NCBI GenBank assembly: GCA_016933055.1
Contig: JAFGBS010000015.1
Location: 1 to 18,141 of the forward strand
DNA from: Promethearchaeota archaeon
GTDB lineage: Archaea > Asgardarchaeota > Lokiarchaeia > Sigyniarchaeales > Promethearchaeaceae
Direction: 5' to 3'
Length of the DNA: 18,141 nucleotides
Part shown: positions 1 through 7,864 of the stretch, piece by piece
Layout of the letters: the number at the start of each line of letters is the position of its first letter
How positions within the stretch are numbered: position 1 is the stretch's first letter
Position numbers and translations under genes: made by a program
Notes under the pieces: model-generated
Database searches by the model: none
Told to the model about the DNA's origin: nothing
Seen by the model: the letters and a program-made list of their open reading frames with translations, nothing else

Positions 1-97
1 CATCGCACAGTATAGGTACCCCTTTATACATCTGTCGTATGAAAAAAAACGAAAAAAAATGCAATTAGGTTCAACAAATGTAGATTATATTATCAAT

Positions 98-1669
98 TTA
101 AGTTTTTTTCTGCAATTTCAATGCAAACACACTAACTCCCAGCGAAATAGTACCAAGTAAGATAAATATATGATAACCAGGAATTAACCGTGTAATTTTA
201 CCCCATATTCCACGAATATCAAAGAAAGCTAAAAATACGGGATCGTGCTCAAGGCGTCCTCCTTTATACTCTCCGAAGTTTGGATAACAACTCACAAATA
301 AGGCTGCAGTACTCTCGGGATCAAAATAGTCCCACGCATCATCAAATGTGATACCATTTGTGAAATGATTTGTTTGGTTGACTGCATATGAAATCATGAG
401 TTGTGCAAACGGTCCGATTAACTGGGTCATTCCTGAAACTAGATTTATGAATTCTTCATTGCCTACAATATCCAAAGACTCATATATAACAGGATTTGTC
501 GTAGAGTTCGATGGATTTCCCCATTCATATTGAGTGTAATCGGGTTTCTGCTCGAATTCATAATTGAACACTTCTTCACCGGTCACAACCGCAGAAACAG
601 TAGTTAATCCATGATTTGTAGTCTGAGTATTAATTTCACTTCCAGTAGTATTTAATAATGAATAATCCTCATCAACCCCTGCCATTATAAGTGCATAAGA
701 TCCTATACATAGTGCCCAATCATCTGGTATATACTCAGAATCTTCTGGTAAAATTAATGTGAATGGATCTACCTGATTATCTCGCATATAGAGATGGGTT
801 ACTTCACCACCAATGTAATCATTTGTGAGAGTTGAAGTACCTGCATCTATGTTTAGAACTAATGTATATTCATAATAGATAAACTCTTGAACACCAAAAC
901 CTCGGGAACCATCCAAGTAAGTTCCCGGATCGTTATATTCAAATCCCCATTCAAAAGTATCGTTGCGCATGGCACCGGTGGGTAATAATGTACGATTCAC
1001 TTCGGGTAAATAGAAACAAACATCTGTATAGTTATATGCCCAAGAATAGGTTATTTCATTACCGCTAACTGAACGTTCCATAGGGGTTACTATCACATCA
1101 GGATCTAAACTAGCGGCAAGAGTTGGAAATTTCCCAGCCCAATTCTCGTCGATCATTGTCATATAGAAGAAAGGTGTAATTTCTTCATCTCCTTCTTCAT
1201 ATATTCCATTATGATTATGGTCCCCCCAACCAAACCACGCACTAAGCATATTGCCTATAAGCATCTCGTGTCCTTCGTAATAATAGTGCATATACCAGAA
1301 CTGAGCGGGAGTAAATACTATTGCATCCGGATCATTATCTATTCCGGATTTATTCATAAACGCAAGAAATCCCATCTCGAAATTTCCCTCAGATATCCAT
1401 TTGATATTCCACGTATTATTTAGCCAGGTGGTTTGATTATTAATTCCCATTGAGGGATCTTCCACCTCCCAATTTGAGTTGTTAAAGACCATGATATCCC
1501 AGTAATTCTCGTCATAGGTATGCCCATTAAACACTTCCTCTTGTGAGGGTGGACCTTCAGCTCGAACAGATAACATAAAAAATGGCACTACAAGCCCAAT
1601 TAAAATCGATACCAATACCAAAGAAGCAGTTTTAAACTGTAATTTTTTCATAAAATCACCTTTCACCAT
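98..1669 (-). CDS. Secreted acidic surface glycoprotein with C-terminal Loki-CTERM-type sorting tail (IPGY + TM + basic); S-layer/surface-protein-like, function unknown. Real start may be ATG at 1651 (MKKLQF...)
   Basis: N-terminal MKK + hydrophobic stretch + VRA|EG signal peptide. C-terminus RLIPGYHIFILLGTISLGVSVFALKLQKKT. Ten N-x-S/T sequons counted. D/E-rich mature part. GGTGAT lies 3 nt before both ATG 1669 and ATG 1651. Confidence 0.85.
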   Translation of the reverse strand: MVKGDFMKKLQFKTASLVLVSILIGLVVPFFMLSVRAEGPPSQEEVFNGHTYDENYWDIMVFNNSNWEVEDPSMGINNQTTWLNNTWNIKWISEGNFEMGFLAFMNKSGIDNDPDAIVFTPAQFWYMHYYYEGHEMLIGNMLSAWFGWGDHNHNGIYEEGDEEITPFFYMTMIDENWAGKFPTLAASLDPDVIVTPMERSVSGNEITYSWAYNYTDVCFYLPEVNRTLLPTGAMRNDTFEWGFEYNDPGTYLDGSRGFGVQEFIYYEYTLVLNIDAGTSTLTNDYIGGEVTHLYMRDNQVDPFTLILPEDSEYIPDDWALCIGSYALIMAGVDEDYSLLNTTGSEINTQTTNHGLTTVSAVVTGEEVFNYEFEQKPDYTQYEWGNPSNSTTNPVIYESLDIVGNEEFINLVSGMTQLIGPFAQLMISYAVNQTNHFTNGITFDDAWDYFDPESTAALFVSCYPNFGEYKGGRLEHDPVFLAFFDIRGIWGKITRLIPGYHIFILLGTISLGVSVFALKLQKKT

Positions 1670-1686
1670 CTTATCACCATTACCCG

Positions 1687-1699
1687 TTTTTATATATAT
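1687..1699 (-). promoter_or_regulatory. TATA-like element for the surface-protein gene
   Basis: Minus strand ATATATATAAAAA 18-30 nt upstream of ATG 1669, in an 84-nt intergenic gap. Confidence 0.45.
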
Positions 1700-1753
1700 G
1701 CTTCAACAGGATTTTTTGGGCACCTAAATTTCATTTAACGTGAAAAACACTAA

Positions 1754-3091
1754 TCATTCGGTCTTGTGACTCCTTTCCCATGAAAAATCAAGTTCGATGT
1801 ATTTTCTACTATAAAACAGCGTTATAATCAAAACTACGGATGTGATGGGGCCCCAAAGCACATATCCAATTGATTTCGATCCAACTACAAATCCATAATC
1901 TGGAAGTTTCAAAATTACTCCTGCGATAAACAGGCTCACTGCTTGGAATAGGTTTAAAGCAATTGACGGAAATCCCGCATAGATACCCGCTTTAATAGTT
2001 CCCTTTCCTCGTTTTTGACTATCCTCTGCTAAATCAGCATATATTAAGTAGGGATATATATTCCATGCACCAAGTGATAAACCAATGCCTGCAACAAAGA
2101 TTGAACCAAATATAAAATAATTAGATAAGGGAATTAATCCAAACAGTGAAAACAGCATAATAAAAGCTGCCATTCCTAGTAATATCAATAGAGGTTTCTT
2201 TTTACCAATCTTTGTGATCAACTTTCTCCATAAAATAACACTAACAATAGTCATTACAATAATTAGGCCTGCGGCAATATAGAATTGAAAACCCCCTAAA
2301 CCGAGGACTTCTTCGGTATATGATAGCATATACTGACCGATCATGGACCATGCGAATGAGGCAAGCCCAATCATGAGAGTAACTTTTAAGAAATTTTTAT
2401 CTCTTATTAAATTCAGGAAATCCTCCTTCATGTTCGTTTGGATGGGTTCCATTTTCTCAACGGGCATAATGAATGCAGTAGTGTACAGAAAAACTGTAAC
2501 AAGAATCGCAACTGTTATAGTGGATACTAAGAAATTCGTGGGTATTGCGGAGGGATCTACCTTTAAAAGGTCTTCCAAATCAGTTAATACTACCATTGTG
2601 AATAATGCAGTGATTGAAGTGCCTGAAAAATTTAGAATATTTTGAATCATGGACACTTTCGGTCTTTGTTGGACTGGAAAAAGTTCAGCTAACCACGATT
2701 GATAAGCAGTCAGCATGCCATATAATCCTTGAAATAGGAAATTGAATGACGCGAACCAAATAAACATCGGAACTCCGCCAGTAGTAGAACCTAAGAATAC
2801 TCCGGGCAGTAAAAGACAGATAAAACTTAAAGACATCAACGGAGAAAATGCAATGATATAGGGTTTTCTCCTCCCTATTTTAGTGGTGGTTTGATCAGAC
2901 ACCCATCCAAAAAAGAACTGGAAAAAAGCTATTGAAATTTTACCGAGAAATAATGAACTACCAATATATAAAGGGTCCAGACCATATCCGGAATCATACA
3001 AAAACAATAAAGCAAAATCCACGAAGCCGATTAACATAGAAGTAAATAATCTGGGCATACTAAACAAGAAAGCATTTGGTGTTTTTTCCAA
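1754..3091 (-). CDS. MFS transporter, glycoside-pentoside-hexuronide (GPH/MFS_2)-like
   Basis: About 12 hydrophobic segments. Loop 2-3 motif GWVSDQTTTKIGRRKPYI. AYQSWLAELFP and PYLIYADLAED segments are typical of GPH carriers. TTG start (caa at 3089-3091 on +). Confidence 0.85.
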   Translation of the reverse strand: MEKTPNAFLFSMPRLFTSMLIGFVDFALLFLYDSGYGLDPLYIGSSLFLGKISIAFFQFFFGWVSDQTTTKIGRRKPYIIAFSPLMSLSFICLLLPGVFLGSTTGGVPMFIWFASFNFLFQGLYGMLTAYQSWLAELFPVQQRPKVSMIQNILNFSGTSITALFTMVVLTDLEDLLKVDPSAIPTNFLVSTITVAILVTVFLYTTAFIMPVEKMEPIQTNMKEDFLNLIRDKNFLKVTLMIGLASFAWSMIGQYMLSYTEEVLGLGGFQFYIAAGLIIVMTIVSVILWRKLITKIGKKKPLLILLGMAAFIMLFSLFGLIPLSNYFIFGSIFVAGIGLSLGAWNIYPYLIYADLAEDSQKRGKGTIKAGIYAGFPSIALNLFQAVSLFIAGVILKLPDYGFVVGSKSIGYVLWGPITSVVLIITLFYSRKYIELDFSWERSHKTE

Positions 3092-3098
3092 TTTTTAT

Positions 3099-3148
3099 CA
3101 ATTCATTGTAGATCATTCATATATAAAAATAGTCGATCATCGGACATA
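3099..3148 (-). promoter_or_regulatory. Promoter of the GPH-MFS gene: TATA box TTTATATA (3120-3127) plus conserved blocks shared with the narK promoter
   Basis: Minus strand TATGTCCGATGATCGACTATTTTTATATATGAATGATCTACAATGAATTG; colinear match to 14008-14050. Confidence 0.6.
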
Positions 3149-3172
3149 ATATCAATTCAAATCAAATTTCCA

Positions 3173-3183
3173 TGAATCATTCA
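3173..3183. promoter_or_regulatory. Palindrome TGAAT-C-ATTCA, candidate operator
   Basis: Perfect 5+5 inverted repeat in the divergent intergenic region; the identical 11-mer is at 14020-14030 upstream of narK. Confidence 0.35.
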
Positions 3184-3337
3184 GACATCTAAATAAGATC
3201 CACAAATTCTGTGGTTCCGAGAATAATCATAAAAACCAATTGAAAACTGGATGCGATTTAAAATAACTATAAGACTTATATACTCAAAAAAAGCTTGTAA
3301 ATAATACGTTAGTGAAATTCTGCTGATGTGATATAAT

Positions 3338-3745
3338 ATGACAGAAATAACAAAACCCTATAGAATCATGCTAATTATAGATATAGTTATCTGTTTAGCT
3401 GTCTCGATTCCCTATATGTTTCTTATTGGAACTTGGTCACCCTTAATTGAATACTCATATTCCACACCATGGTACGCTCAAATATTCGGTGTACTTCTAT
3501 TCATGATCGCTGTGTGGTTGCTAAGAGCAATACTGCAAAAGAAAGAATGGCATGACATATCCTACTTTATGGAATTCTTGTTTGCAATTTTATTTGGTAT
3601 GATCATTTATTTTGCATTGGAACTGTTGTTCGTAGAATTAACCGATATTGCTTTGATTTACGCAATCGTCAGTACTTCAGTGACCGGGGCTCTTTTTGTT
3701 GCCAATATGATATTTTACTTTATTGAAACTGCCAAACATAAATAA
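3338..3745 (+). CDS. Hypothetical membrane protein, 4 TM helices
   Basis: 135-aa ORF with four hydrophobic segments, GTGAT 5 nt before the ATG and a T-tract (about 3762-3771) after the stop. No family recognised. Confidence 0.75.
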   Translation: MTEITKPYRIMLIIDIVICLAVSIPYMFLIGTWSPLIEYSYSTPWYAQIFGVLLFMIAVWLLRAILQKKEWHDISYFMEFLFAILFGMIIYFALELLFVELTDIALIYAIVSTSVTGALFVANMIFYFIETAKHK

Positions 3746-3817
3746 CTCTAACCATCTCCAATTTTTTTTTTGAAAGCGTTTTAATCTTTATAAAGAGTAA
3801 GAACCCCATTTATTAAT

Positions 3818-5881
3818 ATGAAAAAGTTAAGTGATGGTGCAAAAACCGAATTTTCTAAAATTGCTTTTGCGAGCATATTGTTCTTATTTTTCCTCCAATT
3901 ATTTTCAGATTTCATTGAAAGTGTATATATCTTCGCTTTAATGACATTATCTTTGAACGAAAATGTGCTAACAGTCTTATTCTTCCTATCCCCTATCTTA
4001 TTGATATTTGCTGGAAAAAAAGAATTACCCAAACTTCTGTTAGTTATCATCAACAGTATAATGGTATTAGCAAGAGTATTGGAACCTTTATTTGATACTA
4101 AATTACGTATGATTGTTTCTGGTCTTGGAGTGGGATGTTTCTTGCTCTTTTTCCCCGCATTTTTGTCTAGACAAAATTCCGATGAAAAACAGATTAGTGG
4201 TCACACACTTGGGGTAGGGATGGTATTAGCGTTATGCATTTCCATCCTTTTCAGAGTATTGAATTCATCTGTTGACATATCAACATATAGGTGGTTTCAA
4301 TCTATTGGATGGGTATTAGGATGTATTGAAATTATAATACTGTTGGATTTTTTTAATTTTCTCCATATTTTTGATGTCACTAACTCTACTGAAAGTGATT
4401 TTGAAACTTCTGCTGAAATATCCACTAAACTCATAGAAAAAAAGAAGAGGGGGAAAATATTTGGTGCTATATTGGGATTCTCATGTATATTCTTAATATT
4501 GTATTTTGTCTTCAGCAGCCCCGTAATGGTAACACGCTGGACAGAAGCAAATTTTGTATTGATTACCATATTCTTAATAGCAACATTTGGCATAAGTGCA
4601 GGAATTTTGATTTTCAAACCACAGGTCGTACATTCAATTAATCCTTTGATATTATGGATATGGAATGGACTCTTCACTCTAAGCCTAGTGGGAACCATTT
4701 TGATCAATCAGATAATTTTTCCATCAACCTCAGATTCCTATCCAATTCTGGTTTCCCAACCCCAATTTTTCCATTTAATTCCTCCGTTTATCCTAATCAT
4801 TTTATCGCCCGTACTTTTCATTGATCTCATATTAATGTTTACAAATCTAATAAAAAGTAAACCCTCTCTACCCAGATTAGGGGCTAGTTTTACTCTATCT
4901 GGTGGTTTATTTATGTTGGTTTTTGTGTTTGCATTAGTCTTTACTTCTACTTGGGGATTTGTTCCACCTGTAAGTTTTTACCTCAGAGATCAATTTTGGT
5001 CGGTATTTTTAATCGTCTCGCTAATACTCATGGGATTGGTATACTTTCAACGAAAGGGAGCTTTTACCATCCGAGTACCCAACTATACTAAAAAATTAAA
5101 AATTGGAGCTTCAATCTTTCTCGGGGTACTGGTTATAAGTACTATTACTGGAGCTTTTATTATAAAGGTAAATCCCCCGGAAATGCCGAGCGGAGTGACC
5201 TCCATGAAAATCTTAACATATAATCTTCAACAAGGTGTGAATGATGACGCTACCAAAAATTATGATGGACAATTAGAATTAATCCGAGAAATTAATGCAG
5301 ATATCATAGGATTACAAGAATCCAGTAAAATTGCAGGTAATTCAGACGTGGTCCAATATTTTGCCAATAAACTGGATATGTACTCATATTTTGGTCCGCG
5401 AGGTGTCACTGGTACTACGGGAGTTGCCCTACTTTCGAAATATCCAATTTCAAGCGTAAAAACTCTTTATCATTATAATGAAGATTCAGATCGCAAGCAA
5501 ACAGCAACTATTGAAGCAGAAATCACTATTGGAGTAAAAATATTTACCGTATATGTTACTCATACATTCGGATCAATGGAAGCAAAAAGTATGTTGGTAA
5601 ATGATACCCTCCTTAGAGCGCAAGGAAAAGAAAATGTATTATTTGTCGGAGATTTCAATTTCAGACAAGATTCTGAAGCTTATAATCTCACAACTGCTGT
5701 ACTAGTAGATGCTTGGTTAAACCAATGGCCGACGGGTATTGATGATTGGGGTGTGAATGCAACAAGACGAATTGACCATATTTTTGTGGGCACGGATTTA
5801 TCTATAACAGCCTGCCGATATGAGGATTGGGAAGAAACTCAATCTGATCATCCCGCTTGTTGGGCTACAATTAGTTGGTAA
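3818..5881 (+). CDS. Multi-TM protein with C-terminal endonuclease/exonuclease/phosphatase (EEP) domain; CWH43/PGAP2IP-like
   Basis: About 460-aa polytopic N-terminus. The EEP domain starts near nt 5204 with motifs LTYN, GLQE, GVALLSKYP, VTH, GDFN, RIDHI, SDH. Segments F-L-S-P-I, KLRMIV.GLGV, VTRW, FVP and GNSD...KLDMY..FGP match CWH43 proteins as recalled from memory. Confidence 0.85.
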   Translation: MKKLSDGAKTEFSKIAFASILFLFFLQLFSDFIESVYIFALMTLSLNENVLTVLFFLSPILLIFAGKKELPKLLLVIINSIMVLARVLEPLFDTKLRMIVSGLGVGCFLLFFPAFLSRQNSDEKQISGHTLGVGMVLALCISILFRVLNSSVDISTYRWFQSIGWVLGCIEIIILLDFFNFLHIFDVTNSTESDFETSAEISTKLIEKKKRGKIFGAILGFSCIFLILYFVFSSPVMVTRWTEANFVLITIFLIATFGISAGILIFKPQVVHSINPLILWIWNGLFTLSLVGTILINQIIFPSTSDSYPILVSQPQFFHLIPPFILIILSPVLFIDLILMFTNLIKSKPSLPRLGASFTLSGGLFMLVFVFALVFTSTWGFVPPVSFYLRDQFWSVFLIVSLILMGLVYFQRKGAFTIRVPNYTKKLKIGASIFLGVLVISTITGAFIIKVNPPEMPSGVTSMKILTYNLQQGVNDDATKNYDGQLELIREINADIIGLQESSKIAGNSDVVQYFANKLDMYSYFGPRGVTGTTGVALLSKYPISSVKTLYHYNEDSDRKQTATIEAEITIGVKIFTVYVTHTFGSMEAKSMLVNDTLLRAQGKENVLFVGDFNFRQDSEAYNLTTAVLVDAWLNQWPTGIDDWGVNATRRIDHIFVGTDLSITACRYEDWEETQSDHPACWATISW

Positions 5882-5953
5882 AATGAACTATAAACCTTCC
5901 ATTTTAAATAAAGTAACATCAATTAATCAGCAACTAGGGCAGATAGGTTCACG

Positions 5954-6817
5954 ATGAGTGTAATTGACGCACATGTTCATGGATTCCCAAATCGTTTGTT
6001 TCACGCAATTTGGGATTATTTTGAAAAAAACTATTGGGCTGTACAAAAAAAATTAGAATTCGAAGAGATTGTGCAATATCTTCCTAAATTTGGAGTGAGT
6101 AATTTTACTATTTTAAATTATGCTCATATGCCTGAAATTTCCAGAGATCTTAATGATTGGACTTATTCGATGAGCAAGAAATATCCTCAAACTATCCCAT
6201 TTGGAACTATTCATCCAAAAGATTCTTATTTTCATGAAGAAGTTATCCGCGTTTTATCCCCTGATCATCTGGATTTTTTTGGGTTGAAGTTTCAGCTTAT
6301 GGTTACTGATTTTGATCCGAACGATGCTTCTTTGGATTATATGTATGAGAAACTAATCGAATTCAGTAAAATTCTTGTAATGCATGTAGGTACAGGACCC
6401 GTTCCAGATATGCTATTAAATAAATCATTAAAGATAAATTCCCACGTAGGAATCGATAAATTAATTCCTGTTCTTGAGAGATATCCCAAATTAAAACTTC
6501 AGGTTCCTCATTTAGGATGTATGGAAACCAATGCATTTTTTGATTTAGTTTTGGACTATCCCCAGATCCATTTTGATACCTCTATGGCATTAGAATTCTT
6601 GTTTGGGGAATCAAAGAGTCAATTTTCTCAAGACATGGAACTTTCGATTGATCGATTAGTAGAATTACAAGATAATATCATATTTGGTTCGGATTTTCCT
6701 AACATACCCCATGCTTATTCCACATCATTGAATGCAATTAAGCAACTACGTTTAACTCAAGAAATTAGAAATAAATTCCTATATAAGAATGCTCAGAAGT
6801 TTTATAATTTGAAATAA
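5954..6817 (+). CDS. Metal-dependent amidohydrolase (Amidohydro_2 family), substrate unknown
   Basis: IDAHVH (HxH), FGTIHP, GLKFQ, MHVG, PHLG and FGSDFP motifs of the TIM-barrel amidohydrolase_2 family. Confidence 0.88.
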   Translation: MSVIDAHVHGFPNRLFHAIWDYFEKNYWAVQKKLEFEEIVQYLPKFGVSNFTILNYAHMPEISRDLNDWTYSMSKKYPQTIPFGTIHPKDSYFHEEVIRVLSPDHLDFFGLKFQLMVTDFDPNDASLDYMYEKLIEFSKILVMHVGTGPVPDMLLNKSLKINSHVGIDKLIPVLERYPKLKLQVPHLGCMETNAFFDLVLDYPQIHFDTSMALEFLFGESKSQFSQDMELSIDRLVELQDNIIFGSDFPNIPHAYSTSLNAIKQLRLTQEIRNKFLYKNAQKFYNLK

Positions 6818-6831
6818 GAAGAAAAAAAGAA

Positions 6832-7683
6832 TTAAAAGTTTAAATTCAATATCATCGATTCTTTCTTCGGTATTCGAAACACATACTCATAAAACACCCA
6901 GCTAACCGTCCACACGAAAGCGATAGCCCATAATACATCTGAAGCAAAATGTTTTCCGGCGACCACCCTACTTAATCCCATGATCACACTTCCGATAGTT
7001 CCAATCACAAAACCAAGCCATTTGAATATCCTTGTAATGATATAAATCGAAGTGTTTAATTTAGGGTTGTTGGGAACCATTTGCTTCCATATATCATTAT
7101 TTCTGAAAACAAAAAATATCAAAGAAAACATAGCAGTCGCAGATGTGTGACCACTTGGGAAAGATTTACCTTCCCCAATCAGTGCTGGGTTCTTGAGAAA
7201 TGCGGGTTCCCATACAAAAAAGAAATCATACATATCTGCGGAAAGAGAATTTGGCCATAAATCTGTTTGAACTGGCCTGGGTCGACCATATAATCCTTTA
7301 AATATCACATTCACAATCAATCCAACGCTGATTACTACCGAAATAATGATATATAATGAGTATCTTGTTAAGAGTTTTCCTTTGGGATGTTTCACTCGTA
7401 TCAGACCGATTATAAGTAATACTGCGAAAAAGATCACCATAGTAACATCGAACACAATTTCATTATCATTCATCCATTTCCAAGGATTATCATCCTCTAA
7501 AAAAAAGCGTTCCCCTAAAGGAAGGGTAGAATCATAAAATTGATTAGTGATAAGTTTATCTAACCAACCATCATTTATCATGAACATAATTGTGAGTAAT
7601 GCTAATGCTGAATAGAGAAAGATAAGCAATAATGCACGAATCCTTTTCATGATAGTTTTTCTGTGTTCGAAACTCGATTTCAT
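6832..7683 (-). CDS. PAP2-family integral membrane lipid phosphatase
   Basis: All three PAP2 motifs: C1 KGLYGRPRP, C2 SFPSGH, C3 SRVVAGKHFASDV; several TM helices. Start could be the ATG at 7650. Confidence 0.9.
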   Translation of the reverse strand: MKSSFEHRKTIMKRIRALLLIFLYSALALLTIMFMINDGWLDKLITNQFYDSTLPLGERFFLEDDNPWKWMNDNEIVFDVTMVIFFAVLLIIGLIRVKHPKGKLLTRYSLYIIISVVISVGLIVNVIFKGLYGRPRPVQTDLWPNSLSADMYDFFFVWEPAFLKNPALIGEGKSFPSGHTSATAMFSLIFFVFRNNDIWKQMVPNNPKLNTSIYIITRIFKWLGFVIGTIGSVIMGLSRVVAGKHFASDVLWAIAFVWTVSWVFYEYVFRIPKKESMILNLNF

Positions 7684-7762
7684 ATATGTCTTTTGTGGAT
7701 GTTCCTAAAAAAAGTCTATCCCAAAAATTTAAACTCATTTCTAAATACGTAAAATCATATAG

Positions 7763-7834
7763 GCACCATTCGTATAGTGGTTAGTATGTTGGCTTCCCAA
7801 GCCAACGAGCCGGGTTCAATTCCCGGATGGTGCA
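7763..7834 (+). tRNA. tRNA-Gly (anticodon CCC), intronless, CCA not encoded
   Basis: Acceptor stem GCACCAT/ATGGTGC with discriminator A. D arm GTAT-AGTGGTTA-GTAT. Anticodon stem TTGGC/GCCAA with loop TTCCCAA. T arm CCGGG-TTCAATT-CCCGG. TTTAAA about 30 nt upstream. Confidence 0.97.
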
Positions 7835-7864
7835 TGTTTTATAATATAAAAAAACATATGCGGA

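Noticed and set aside
3743-5956. ORFs at 3338, 3818 and 5954 share a reading frame: possible stop read-through or a split gene
   Set aside because: Both stops are TAA and are followed by further in-frame stops within the gaps.
7763-7834. tRNA-Gly as an integration site bounding a GH3-nitrate island
   Set aside because: I found no duplicated tRNA 3' end, integrase or clear compositional break in the window; the other boundary could lie outside it.
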